Below are positions 32,015-40,963 of a DNA stretch of 64,000 nucleotides, one piece after another. A program made the translations under genes and the position numbers. Under the pieces are notes generated by a model that had not been told where the DNA came from, did not search any database, and was given only the letters and a program-made list of their open reading frames with translations. This DNA is from Faecousia sp. (lineage in GTDB: Bacteria; Bacillota; Clostridia; Oscillospirales; Oscillospiraceae). The stretch's first letter is position 1, and every line of letters begins with the position of its first letter. The stretch is taken from NCBI GenBank assembly GCA_045646665.1, contig JAZRLE010000064.1, positions 14 to 64,013 of the forward strand, written 5' to 3'.

Positions 32015-32559
32015 GGCTTCTCCTCCATAGCATTGACAAACACCACCGGATTGGTAAAGCCCATGGTAAAATGCTCCTGCTGCAGGATCACCTTCTTACT
32101 CATAGCTGGATGTTCCTTGTCTGCCAGCTGTTTCAAGTCTATATATAGATCTTGATTGAAGGCAATTACCGGAATACCCAACGACAGAGCATAATTGATC
32201 TCGGATCTCATACCGTGAGACATCATATTTCCGCACACCAGCAGCACATCGCTGTTTTCCAGCAGCCGTTGGCCAAACTGCAGCGCAATCGCTCTTTCGG
32301 CAGGAATTCCGTCATCCAAAAGCATCGGCAGATACGCATGAGGTGCCCGGGCTACAACGCCCATCTTCTCAAATGCGTAAAGCATATACGCTCTTGCTCG
32401 CTCAATGTTCATAAGCAGATCCTTTGCGGTATCTGCCCGTAACGGAGAGCAGATGTATGCCTTCATTCGGTTCCGATTCTTCTCGGTGAACTGTTCCAGA
32501 AGCTTACGCTCCCATCCCTCTGAATAGATTTTCTGATTCATAATCAATCTCCTTATCAT
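32011..32559 (-). CDS. DUF4406/nucleoside deoxyribosyltransferase-like protein
   Basis: AYICSPLR, APHAYLP, S.GM..EI.YA..LGIPV. Confidence 0.65.
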   Translation of the reverse strand: MIRRLIMNQKIYSEGWERKLLEQFTEKNRNRMKAYICSPLRADTAKDLLMNIERARAYMLYAFEKMGVVARAPHAYLPMLLDDGIPAERAIALQFGQRLLENSDVLLVCGNMMSHGMRSEINYALSLGIPVIAFNQDLYIDLKQLADKEHPAMSKKVILQQEHFTMGFTNPVVFVNAMEEKP

Positions 32560-33593
32560 AGCGGTTGTACAGACACCTTCAACCTGCGGCTTTCCGATGT
32601 GTTAGTCACTGCTGCGTAAACACTCGGGAAGTCTTTCTTCAGCTTTTTGGTGTCTGTACGAACACTGGGTTTTGTTACAAAATCAATGAGGATCTTATCG
32701 GCTGTCGTTTCCAAAACGCCATGCTCATGATCCTTCATCACTTCAATAATCTTCGCGCTGTGCGCTTCCATCCTTTCCCTGAGTCTTGCGATCTCAGCAT
32801 TGTGATCATCGATCTGCCCTTGAATTGCAAGAATCTGGCGCAAATGCCGCTCCTGCTTTGTAGAGAATTCAATCGTGGGCAAACCGGGTTTACTGGAGGT
32901 GTAGATCTTCGCCAACGAATCTAAAGCAAGCTTCGTCGGAATACCTGCCATCGTGGGCGGTTTATCATTCTCCAAACTCCAGATCCAACGGTCCAGACGG
33001 TCAAATATCATATCTTCTTTCTCTTTATCCCGCACCAGACTGGGTGTAGCCAAATCATTATCCGGGTTATTGCCCCAAAGGGCGGAGAAGTCACCAATCT
33101 GAACATCCGCAACTGCCAAGTAATAGCGCAGTTGCAATTCATAATACAATGGGTAAGCACCATCTGCCCAGTCACCAGCTTTGTGATAACTGCACGACTT
33201 GCATTCGAGGATCCCAGGCTCACCGTCATCGGCGCGAATGAAGCGGCGATCAAAGTCAGCGAGTGCATACGGAAAGTCCGCATGCTGATACATATTGGTA
33301 TCCTCAATAACTGTGTTACCTGTCTTCACGCCATAAAAGTGAGCTGCAATGGGTTCCAGCAAATGTCCCATTTCGAGTGTCTTCGGATTCATCTTTGCCG
33401 GCGGTTTGATCTTACCTTTCTTGACCAGCCATAGCTCCAGTGGAGTAACCCAGGGAGATACACCGAAAATGGTTGCCACATCGGAACCACCAACGGTATA
33501 GGGGATGTTTCCCTTGGGGCCGTGCATTCGACACTCCAGCCATCGCTCGTTGGTCATACCCGCCGTGTCACATAGGATATTGGGGGCTGCCAT
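32556..33593 (-). CDS. YqaJ-like (lambda-exonuclease family) nuclease
   Basis: WL..R..GGSD.A.I.G.SPW.TPLELW..K, G..LEP, ADFDR, LECKS, YELQ. Confidence 0.88.
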   Translation of the reverse strand: MAAPNILCDTAGMTNERWLECRMHGPKGNIPYTVGGSDVATIFGVSPWVTPLELWLVKKGKIKPPAKMNPKTLEMGHLLEPIAAHFYGVKTGNTVIEDTNMYQHADFPYALADFDRRFIRADDGEPGILECKSCSYHKAGDWADGAYPLYYELQLRYYLAVADVQIGDFSALWGNNPDNDLATPSLVRDKEKEDMIFDRLDRWIWSLENDKPPTMAGIPTKLALDSLAKIYTSSKPGLPTIEFSTKQERHLRQILAIQGQIDDHNAEIARLRERMEAHSAKIIEVMKDHEHGVLETTADKILIDFVTKPSVRTDTKKLKKDFPSVYAAVTNTSESRRLKVSVQPL

Positions 33594-34735
33594 CAGTAAG
33601 ACACCGCCTTTGCAAGATCAAAATCGCTCCACTTGATCGTCAGTGCCCGGGCCATATTCTCCTGCAGTGTCAGGATCTTACTTTCCGGGATCTTCTCGGT
33701 CTTGAGGATAAACGGAATTTCTTGCATAGCAATGAATACATCGTGTGCTGTCGCCGGACCGCTGCCGTATGCCATTTCGTACATTGCAATAGCCTCTATA
33801 GCCGCCTTCTTGGGCATAGAGAACTTCTTGCACACACGGGTCATAGCATTGACGGGATACTCCAGCTCGATTTCCTGTAGCCGCATCAGTCTTTCGATGT
33901 TATCTCCATACTGAGCAAACAACTGGTCCAAAGCCGTAGTAAAGTCAGCGACCGTTGACTGGTGCCGGTGATCCACAGAGATGCACCCGCCGATCAGAAT
34001 CGGGTACTGCGCACCCATCAGCATAGCAGATACCTTTGCCGAGGCAATGCCGGCATCCGAGGTGCTGAACCGCACACCGGGTACGAGCTTCTTTGCCATC
34101 GTACTGTGGCCTGTAGCATCCAGCATTTTGGTGTAGGCACCCAGCAGGTCTTCCTTTTGGGTAGGCATGGTCCATTCTGCACTGGTAATTGCGTGGTCAG
34201 AATAGCCATTTTTGAACTGATTGCCCGGGAATCTGTCATTGAGCTTCTCCTGAAGGGTATCCAGAAGAGCATCAATAGGAAGAACCGAGTAATCAACCGT
34301 GTCACCGGAGTGCACTGCTGTTACCTTTTCATCCCGAATGAGTACCAGGGCGTCCGCGCCAAAGAGCTTCAGACAAGCGTTCAGAACATTGGCAAGAACA
34401 TCACGCCCGAGTTTGGGAAGCGCTGTTCCTCCGATCTTTGCACGGTCCAGCAAGCTCTTATAGGCAGTGTCCCGTGCAGGGTACAATTCACCGTTGACCC
34501 GGATCGCCAGGCCAAGGTTGGCAGCCGTATCCGCAACGGCTTCAAGGCTGGTGCCTGTGGCGAAGCTGCTGAGATTACCAAACAGCGGAGAAGACATTGC
34601 AAGCGGCTCTACTTCCAGGTCTCTGACCGGCGTTTGTGCCCACTTGCTGCTCTTCGTCAGCTTCTGGTGATACTCCAGCATTTCTCCATAGTCACCAAAG
34701 GTGGTGAAGTAGCTGTCGTAACATGATTTTTGCAT
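33593..34735 (-). CDS. Hypothetical protein (DUF932-like), first gene of operon 1
   Basis: 380-aa ORF with AAAGGAG RBS; R.....AVHS..Y..L and SD.G.AS motifs. Confidence 0.6.
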   Translation of the reverse strand: MQKSCYDSYFTTFGDYGEMLEYHQKLTKSSKWAQTPVRDLEVEPLAMSSPLFGNLSSFATGTSLEAVADTAANLGLAIRVNGELYPARDTAYKSLLDRAKIGGTALPKLGRDVLANVLNACLKLFGADALVLIRDEKVTAVHSGDTVDYSVLPIDALLDTLQEKLNDRFPGNQFKNGYSDHAITSAEWTMPTQKEDLLGAYTKMLDATGHSTMAKKLVPGVRFSTSDAGIASAKVSAMLMGAQYPILIGGCISVDHRHQSTVADFTTALDQLFAQYGDNIERLMRLQEIELEYPVNAMTRVCKKFSMPKKAAIEAIAMYEMAYGSGPATAHDVFIAMQEIPFILKTEKIPESKILTLQENMARALTIKWSDFDLAKAVSY

Positions 34736-34784
34736 ATAAATGCTCCTTTCTTAATGTGACGGGATTACCGCCCTGATATATAAC

Positions 34785-34820
34785 AAAAGCCAGCAACCCT
34801 CTGCTGAGGACTGCTGGCTT
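34785..34820 (-). terminator. Second terminator in operon-1 leader
   Basis: AAGCCAGCAGTCCTC-AGCA-GAGGGTTGCTGGCTT followed by TTGTT. Confidence 0.6.
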
Positions 34821-34847
34821 ATTGCCCACGGTTATGTGGCGAGAAAC

Positions 34848-34966
34848 AAAAAAAGCGCCATTTGCATACCAATGCAAATGACGCTAATGTAACGCGAAAC
34901 TAAGTTTGGCCGAACCAAACGAGAAACTTACATTGGTATTATAGCAAACTCCGGGGCAATAGTCAA
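34848..34966 (-). promoter_or_regulatory. Promoter + 44-nt conserved leader + terminator, copy 1
   Basis: TTGACT-17-TATAAT (34966-34938), core 34932-34889, hairpin AGCGTCATTTGCAT/ATGCAAATGGCGCT plus T-run. Confidence 0.85.
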
Positions 34967-34987
34967 TCCCAAAGAAAGGAACTCTAT

Positions 34988-35020
34988 AAAAAATGGGATG
35001 CCGCCGAAGCGACATCCCAT
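34988..35020 (-). terminator. Terminator ending operon 2
   Basis: ATGGGATGTCGC-TTCG-GCGGCATCCCAT followed by TTTTT. Confidence 0.8.
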
Positions 35021-35040
35021 GCGGATGGCGTAATGGAATG

Positions 35041-35184
35041 CTACGGGCATTCCTTCACATGAATCTTATAGTCTGTATCGCTGTTGCTATGACGGATAAT
35101 GATGCTATCTCCATCTCCGTCCAGAACCTTGTAACCGGCTTTTGCAAGAGCAGTTTCGATTACTTCAAAAATATCACTCTCCAT
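35041..35184 (-). CDS. Small hypothetical protein
   Basis: MESDIFEVIE... 47 aa, GGAGG RBS. Confidence 0.6.
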   Translation of the reverse strand: MESDIFEVIETALAKAGYKVLDGDGDSIIIRHSNSDTDYKIHVKECP

Positions 35185-35185
35185 A

Positions 35186-35623
35186 TTAGCCTCCGTTCTC
35201 CGCTTCCTGGTAGTCGATCTCCAGTTCGGTATCGGACACAATGGATACATACTTTTTCAGGATCTCCTCCACCCTCTCCTTTGTCACATCCCAGTCAGAT
35301 TCTTGCATCTGCCAGGGATATAACTTGGGATACATCAAAAACCGCTGACAGTGACAGTCATCACAGGCCAGGAATTCTACCTTTTCTGCCTCCTGTATCA
35401 CAATACGCAGGATCGTGGCAATGCCAAGATGATAGTCCTGATCAAATTCCAGATAATCATCAACGGTAGGTTCTGTGATCTCACACTCATCAAACCACTG
35501 ATGGATCTCCGCCTGATATTCAGGGGCCAAAGAGAGCAGCGCCTCAATGCGCTCCACGCTGTCAATTTCCAGTTTGGTGGTGATGATTCCGTATCCATAA
35601 TTATGCCAGGATTCATAGCTCAT
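35186..35623 (-). CDS. Acidic hypothetical protein
   Basis: 145-aa ORF, GGAGG RBS, coupled. Confidence 0.7.
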   Translation of the reverse strand: MSYESWHNYGYGIITTKLEIDSVERIEALLSLAPEYQAEIHQWFDECEITEPTVDDYLEFDQDYHLGIATILRIVIQEAEKVEFLACDDCHCQRFLMYPKLYPWQMQESDWDVTKERVEEILKKYVSIVSDTELEIDYQEAENGG

Positions 35624-36072
35624 TGCTTGACTCCTCCCATTCGCAAAAGTAAATGCGGTGGAAGTGTTTTTTCAAGCATGCCTGGAAAGATGCAACGGAA
35701 CAGGCTGATATACCGTTCGTGTCCAATCTGGTTCAATGGGGCCTGTAGAGATGTCTGGCTCCAACAAATCAATTCCTCTTCCGGAATGTTATACTCGTCG
35801 GGAACAAATTTGCTGCCATCATAATGCGGACAGCGGGGCTTCAGAATCTTATCCATTTCCGCTTTGGAAGTTGCTTTGAGAATCAATGCACACTTTTTCT
35901 CAGCGATAGGATTCACCAGCTCCGCTATGTAGCCAAGCTTCTCATAAGCACGCAGACGACCATTGAGTTCCCCAAGGGCACCCAAGCGAAGCTTGAAAAG
36001 TCTTTCATCCGATTCCGAGGTAACCACTTCTCCGATTGCCATTGCAATGGTGAATTCATAAGGATTACTCAT
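35620..36072 (-). CDS. Hypothetical protein
   Basis: About 150-aa ORF in operon. Confidence 0.65.
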   Translation of the reverse strand: MSNPYEFTIAMAIGEVVTSESDERLFKLRLGALGELNGRLRAYEKLGYIAELVNPIAEKKCALILKATSKAEMDKILKPRCPHYDGSKFVPDEYNIPEEELICWSQTSLQAPLNQIGHERYISLFRCIFPGMLEKTLPPHLLLRMGGVKQ

Positions 36073-36142
36073 TGGTGCCACCATCTTTCCTGTTTTCTAT
36101 GAGGAACAACTGTGTATTTTCTTTCCATAGTTCATTCCTCCA

Positions 36143-37267
36143 TCATGTATGGTAGTCAACACTGACCAGCACAGTTTCGTCGTCCAGTGCATCAATGAGG
36201 TCGTCCTGTGTTCTATGCCACAGTCTGTGAGCTTCCTCCAAATCATTCGGATTCTTGCATTCAAATTGGTAGCTGTCATGCCACTTATCCGAAGCAATGA
36301 CATCCGCAAAATTGACGGGATACTTATACGCAGGAGAGATGTCAAACTTGGACAGATGCATTTCCAGCGTATCGTTCTTATGGAAGATATACTCACCGAA
36401 ATGAAGAACCCCCTCTTCTGTAACCATAAGACAGCGTTGAGGAATATCTTTTCCTGCCGCAAAAATAGCCTGCAGCTCAGCATACTCCGATTTCACTTTG
36501 TCGGTGTGCCACTGGCGCATAACATCCCACGCAATATCCTTCTTACGTGCGGCATCGACCCAAATATAACCATCCGGTGCAGGAAACGATGCCTTCCAGG
36601 ATTCACTGATATCGGCATCAATGTAGCCGAGGTCATCGTTGACCAGGAATGTACCGGGCCAACGACCACCGATTTCGTACCAGTCCCACCTGCCGTTAGG
36701 ATTATAGGTATATCCGTATGCCTGATATTTCTCGTTAAAAGGAACATAGCATCCTCTTTCAGCATACTCCTTTAGGCTCTTGTAGACCTTCGTTCTGGGG
36801 ATCATCAGCAGTGCAGTTGCCTTTTTGCTCTTTTTAGTACGCTTCGTATGCTGCAGAGGACCTGCAATCGTAGAGCATACCTTACCGTCGCGGATCACAT
36901 ATTTATTGCGAACCATATGATGGTTTTCCTCAAAAATGCGTCCATCAGGCATCTTGATGCAGTTGACCTTTTCGTTCTCGAACTCATACTTCAGTCTGTC
37001 TGTATGATCTTCAAACTCCTGATATTTGGGGTCCTCTGAATTCTCATCGTAAGGAAGCATTGCGGTAACCACCGCTTCATCCACAGCTCTCAAAAAAGAA
37101 TTCCGCAGCCGTTTCAGATGCTCCAGTTGAATTTGCGCAAAGATATTGCCTTTGGTGTGTTGTAACAGAACTTCCAGGAACGCAATCGCGGTGGCAATCT
37201 GTAAGTCTGTTTCTGTATCTTCTGTGACCGTGGTAATTTCCACGGGAAGCAAAGAATGAAAATGCAT
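36143..37267 (-). CDS. Hypothetical protein (NP..WDWY.IGGRW motif)
   Basis: 374 aa; MHF start, YNPNGRWDWYEIGGRW, C-terminal VDYH. Confidence 0.75.
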   Translation of the reverse strand: MHFHSLLPVEITTVTEDTETDLQIATAIAFLEVLLQHTKGNIFAQIQLEHLKRLRNSFLRAVDEAVVTAMLPYDENSEDPKYQEFEDHTDRLKYEFENEKVNCIKMPDGRIFEENHHMVRNKYVIRDGKVCSTIAGPLQHTKRTKKSKKATALLMIPRTKVYKSLKEYAERGCYVPFNEKYQAYGYTYNPNGRWDWYEIGGRWPGTFLVNDDLGYIDADISESWKASFPAPDGYIWVDAARKKDIAWDVMRQWHTDKVKSEYAELQAIFAAGKDIPQRCLMVTEEGVLHFGEYIFHKNDTLEMHLSKFDISPAYKYPVNFADVIASDKWHDSYQFECKNPNDLEEAHRLWHRTQDDLIDALDDETVLVSVDYHT

Positions 37268-37334
37268 AATATAATTACCCTTTCTGATAGATAGACTAAG
37301 CGGGCAGCTGCAATGCAGCTACCCGCTCGTAATA

Positions 37335-39563
37335 TTATACCCGAATATGTCGCTTGACTAAGGATGTCAGCTTTACGGGTAAGGTGTTGAGATCTGTGAT
37401 GTCCATAAAGGAATCACCGTAAATTCTTTCAATGTTTTGCTTGTCGTTGCCGATTGCTGCTGCCACAAACAGGATGCCTTTCTTCTGGTATTCCTGCTTG
37501 ATTCCACGCAGATCTTCCTCCGCTGCTGTGCCGTAGTAGCCGGTATCCGCAGGCTGACCGTCGGATACGATAATCAGGATCTTGACTGCCTCGGGCCGTT
37601 TGGATAGCTGATCTGCGACAAATCGCAGTGCAGCACCGTCACGGTTGCTTCCTCTGGCGGCAATATCCATCATACGGTAGCGGTCATCCCGGTCAATGGC
37701 ATCAAACTCAGCGTAGGAGTAGAGATCCACACAGTTGGATCCTGTGCTATGTCCATAGACCATAACAGGAATGTCCAGACTGGTACAGAAATCATACAGA
37801 ATGATTGCAGAAGCTCTGGCATAGGTACAGCGGTCGTAGGAATGCATCGATCCGGATTCGTCCAGAAGAAGTCCTACTGCAAGCTCAGGTGTCTCATTGG
37901 GCAGATTGTTCTTCGTGAAAATCTTACCGTCCATTCGGTGCAGGGCATGGGAATCCAATCTCCGGCCCATAAGCAAGCCGGTCATCTTTCCGCCTCTGCG
38001 GTAATCCTGGAGCTGTGTAGTCAAGCTTCTCTGAAGCTGTCTGGAAATAGCAAGCAATGGTGCTGCAACCTGGTTGTAATCGTCAATCAGGTCTTCATCC
38101 ACACTGGTGATTCGGTGTACCCGGATATTCACACCATCATGGATGTTACCGTATGAGATGTTCTGTGCGGCCTCATTCAGCGCACGAGTACGCTCATTTT
38201 CCATGTGGGCACACGCAACTTTTTCAGCCATCTTATCAAGCACACGCTCTATATCTGTGGCTGCCTTCTCATACTTCTCACGCTCATAGGAAGGATTTCG
38301 GGTAACCGTTCCTCCCACAGGAGCAGATACCTTGCTGGTATGTTTCAGTGGAATTCTGCCGCCTTCCTGATCCGTTGTCTTCTGCTTTCCTTTTGCCGAA
38401 CCGCCGCTGTCTTTGGCTGAACCACCTTCCATACCGGCATTTGCTGCGCCACCGGGCTGTTCTTTTTCCTTGGAGACATCGCCGGAGCTGTTATCTTCCT
38501 GCTCACCTGCATTCTCTTCGGCATCCTCGTGAGATGCTGCCCGTTCTGCAGAGGAGGAAGATTCCTCTTCCTCGTCGCCTTCAACCAAAGAACCGGTGTT
38601 ACCAACTGCAATTGCAGTAGCGCCGCCAACCGCTCCGGTAGCCTTTGCCATTGCCGCAACCATATTCGCTGCAGCTCCCGCAGCCGCCTCGGCCTTCATC
38701 CGATCCTTGACGATCTCGCAGTAATCCTTAATCTGTTCCCAGAATCGAATCAGGATCAGATTGACGATCCCAAGACGTTCCTTTGCAGAATTGGTGATTA
38801 CCGCACGGTCAAGCTCATTGATCAGTTCGAAAACGGACTTGATCCGGAACTCGCTCAGCGGTTCGTGACCGTACTTGATCTGTCCAAAGCGGACATAAGA
38901 AAGAATGTTCTGCAGGATCGTATCAAAGATATGCCGGTCTCCGTCGTTCTCTTCCTCAATCATCTCTGTTACTGTGGGAAGCATGGATATCCGAAGGTCC
39001 CGATAGGTCTGAAGGCCCATACCAAGTGTGCCTGGGAACTTCTTGAGCATTCGGTCATCGGTAAATCCGTCTTCCAGAACATTGCTGATAAAGTGAGATA
39101 TGTAGATCACAGCATCCCTGTTATCTGTACTATCCTTGATGTACTCCCACATATCCTTCTCATTTCTCGCATCTGCGGATTTGAGAATGACAGGAGGCTC
39201 CGGATACCAACGATAGGCTTCCATCGCCCGGTTATAGGACAAGCTCGCTAAAAAATCTGTAAACAGGACATGGCCAAGCTCGTGGGCAAACAATCCAATG
39301 ATGATCCAGTAACGGTTCACTCTTCCTTTGACTTTCGTAACCACGGGATTACCACAGTTGATCCAAATGACAGAGTTGTCCGTTTTCGCTGTATCGGGAT
39401 TGCTGGGCTGCCAAACAAGCTCCACATGAACCCGTCTGCTATAATGGTGTCGTTTACTCTGCGCGGCAGCCATCTCCTCCAACCTGCCGGCAAAGAGCCG
39501 GGAGGTGAAAAACTGCTTATCGGTGATCTTACCGCGCTTTTCATTCATGAGCTGTAAAAACTG
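37335..39563 (-). CDS. vWA (CobT-like) protein, exon 2 of intron-split gene
   Basis: HELGH motif, MIDAS LLDESGSM, NRDG.A, IVSDGQP; 39563-39549 (QFLQL) in frame with ATG 39548, which has no RBS. Confidence 0.85.
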   Translation of the reverse strand, partial: QFLQLMNEKRGKITDKQFFTSRLFAGRLEEMAAAQSKRHHYSRRVHVELVWQPSNPDTAKTDNSVIWINCGNPVVTKVKGRVNRYWIIIGLFAHELGHVLFTDFLASLSYNRAMEAYRWYPEPPVILKSADARNEKDMWEYIKDSTDNRDAVIYISHFISNVLEDGFTDDRMLKKFPGTLGMGLQTYRDLRISMLPTVTEMIEEENDGDRHIFDTILQNILSYVRFGQIKYGHEPLSEFRIKSVFELINELDRAVITNSAKERLGIVNLILIRFWEQIKDYCEIVKDRMKAEAAAGAAANMVAAMAKATGAVGGATAIAVGNTGSLVEGDEEEESSSSAERAASHEDAEENAGEQEDNSSGDVSKEKEQPGGAANAGMEGGSAKDSGGSAKGKQKTTDQEGGRIPLKHTSKVSAPVGGTVTRNPSYEREKYEKAATDIERVLDKMAEKVACAHMENERTRALNEAAQNISYGNIHDGVNIRVHRITSVDEDLIDDYNQVAAPLLAISRQLQRSLTTQLQDYRRGGKMTGLLMGRRLDSHALHRMDGKIFTKNNLPNETPELAVGLLLDESGSMHSYDRCTYARASAIILYDFCTSLDIPVMVYGHSTGSNCVDLYSYAEFDAIDRDDRYRMMDIAARGSNRDGAALRFVADQLSKRPEAVKILIIVSDGQPADTGYYGTAAEEDLRGIKQEYQKKGILFVAAAIGNDKQNIERIYGDSFMDITDLNTLPVKLTSLVKRHIRV

Positions 39564-40184
39564 ATACCGATAGGTAATCCTTTGAATCCTCTCCGGATTT
39601 TCCCCCGGTTCACACCGTGCGTGCGGCTTTCACCGCACACGGCGTTCCATCGATTCCTCGACTGGTGGCTGTTCCTCCAGCTTCATTACAAAGCCTTCTA
39701 TGGTCGTACCACCGCTCTCAGTATCCGTTCGACTGCTTATTTGCTTCGCCAGTCTGTGTTTCCACCGGATACCTTTCCACGTTCCAATGATCTTATCTGT
39801 ACATATACCTTTAGGTGCCAGCTATGGGCCTGATGGCTGGAGGGCGCCTGTAACGCCCTATGGTGGTTCATACACAACATCTTACTAGACCACACCATCA
39901 GCGCGTCTGCGCCCAAGCATTTCTGCCTGTGTGAATATAGACCCTTTCGTTCGCCGGTTCGTCAGGCTTTTGCCATTCTCACCTTGGGTATTTTATAGAT
40001 CCCCGGCATATCAGCAGCACTGCGTGAGCAGATTTCGGTGCAAAGCACTACGGCTGCTTTCTGCCGACTTTACCGAGCTTCTGACGCGGTTTTGCGCCAG
40101 TCGGAGTCTCAGGGAGGATGCCTCCGGGCGTTACCCCTTCATTCCATCCTTCAGATCATTAGTTCTATGCTATCGAATTCACTG

Positions 40185-40502
40185 TTACTGCATTTCTTCC
40201 TTTGCTATGTCAATGAGACGAGCAATGGTCTTATCCATTCCATCAATCTCAAAGGCTTTTGCCAGAAGTTCTGCAGTGAAACGCCTAATTACCCTGTTCA
40301 TAACACGATCGTTATTTGTGTTAGCCAGAAAAATTGGAATCATATACTCCATTTTGTCTTCACGGAGCTTCTCCAATACCCCCAAAGCAGTTTCCATATC
40401 CACAACACCGTCTTCGCTGCGGATATCCTCCACTGTACTGGGATTCTGTGCAAACCATTGGAATACGCGGCTTACTTCCTGCTGTCTTTGCTTTTCTTCC
40501 AT
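40185..40502 (-). CDS. 105-aa hypothetical protein inside intron domain I
   Basis: AAGGAGG RBS; predicted helical ORF; divergent from XRE gene. Confidence 0.7.
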   Translation of the reverse strand: MEEKQRQQEVSRVFQWFAQNPSTVEDIRSEDGVVDMETALGVLEKLREDKMEYMIPIFLANTNNDRVMNRVIRRFTAELLAKAFEIDGMDKTIARLIDIAKEEMQ

Positions 40503-40527
40503 GGGATCAGCCTCCTTATTTTTTATA

Positions 40528-40597
40528 GCCTACTACCTAGTAGGCATATTATCATACAGAATCGGTATAATCAAGAAAAAGACTACTATATAGTAGG
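40528..40597. promoter_or_regulatory. Two palindromic operators CTACTA-NN-TAGTAG with divergent promoters
   Basis: CTACTACCTAGTAG (40530-40543) and CTACTATATAGTAG (40583-40596); TATAAT at 40566 on +; TTGATT-17-TAATAT on minus. Confidence 0.65.
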
Positions 40598-40620
40598 TTT
40601 TGTGAAAGGAGATGAATCTG

Positions 40621-40860
40621 ATGGCCAAGATATTAGTGGACGATTGTTTCGGTCATAACCTGAAACAGATCCGTATGTCCTGCGATATGTCCCAAGCTGA
40701 TGTTGTTCGAGAGCTAAACCTTTTGGGCCGCAGCATCTCCGTAACACAGTATGGGCACATTGAGCAAGGAAGAGCCAACATCTTTGCTACTGATCTCGTT
40801 CTCCTACAACGAATCTTCAAAGTTGATTACAGTGAATTCTTTAAAGACCTTGTCCCTTAA
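40621..40860 (+). CDS. XRE-family HTH regulator inside intron domain I (antisense to intron)
   Basis: FGHNLKQIR..MSQADVV..L..LG..IS..QY..IEQG; AAAGGAG RBS; hairpin AAAGACCTTGT..ACAAGGTCTTT at its end. Confidence 0.82.
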   Translation: MAKILVDDCFGHNLKQIRMSCDMSQADVVRELNLLGRSISVTQYGHIEQGRANIFATDLVLLQRIFKVDYSEFFKDLVP

Positions 40861-40922
40861 CCGGAACAAGGTCTTTTCATTATATAACATGTTGCACCTT
40901 TTTAGTACAAAACGTGTCGCAC

Positions 40923-40943
40923 TTTGTGATTCACTCTTGCCAT
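40923..40943 (-). CDS. vWA protein exon 1 (MARVNHK)
   Basis: GGAGG RBS then ATGGCAAGAGTGAATCACAAA, 20 nt after the AAA gene stop, immediately followed by GTGCG. Confidence 0.85.
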
Positions 40944-40963
40944 AATTTTACCTCCAAGTCAGA

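Larger units (their letters stand above)
39564..40922 (-). ncRNA. Group II intron (IIB, class B-like), no RT/IEP ORF
   Basis: 5' GTGCGACACG; 34-nt DV at 39645-39612 with CGC triad, GAAA loop and AC bulge; DVI with bulged A 8 nt from the AT 3' end; DIV reduced to GTCGA-GGAA-TCGAT; EBS2 ATTCAC and EBS1 GTTGTG pair with exon 1. Confidence 0.9.

Noticed and set aside
39546-39548. ATG at 39548 as the true vWA start
   Set aside because: No RBS; an RBS-led in-frame exon 1 exists at 40943-40923 across the intron.
39582-40658. Plus-strand ORFs of 62-220 aa over the intron as a maturase or RT
   Set aside because: Antisense to the ribozyme, with no YADD or other RT motifs; DIV is only 14 nt.
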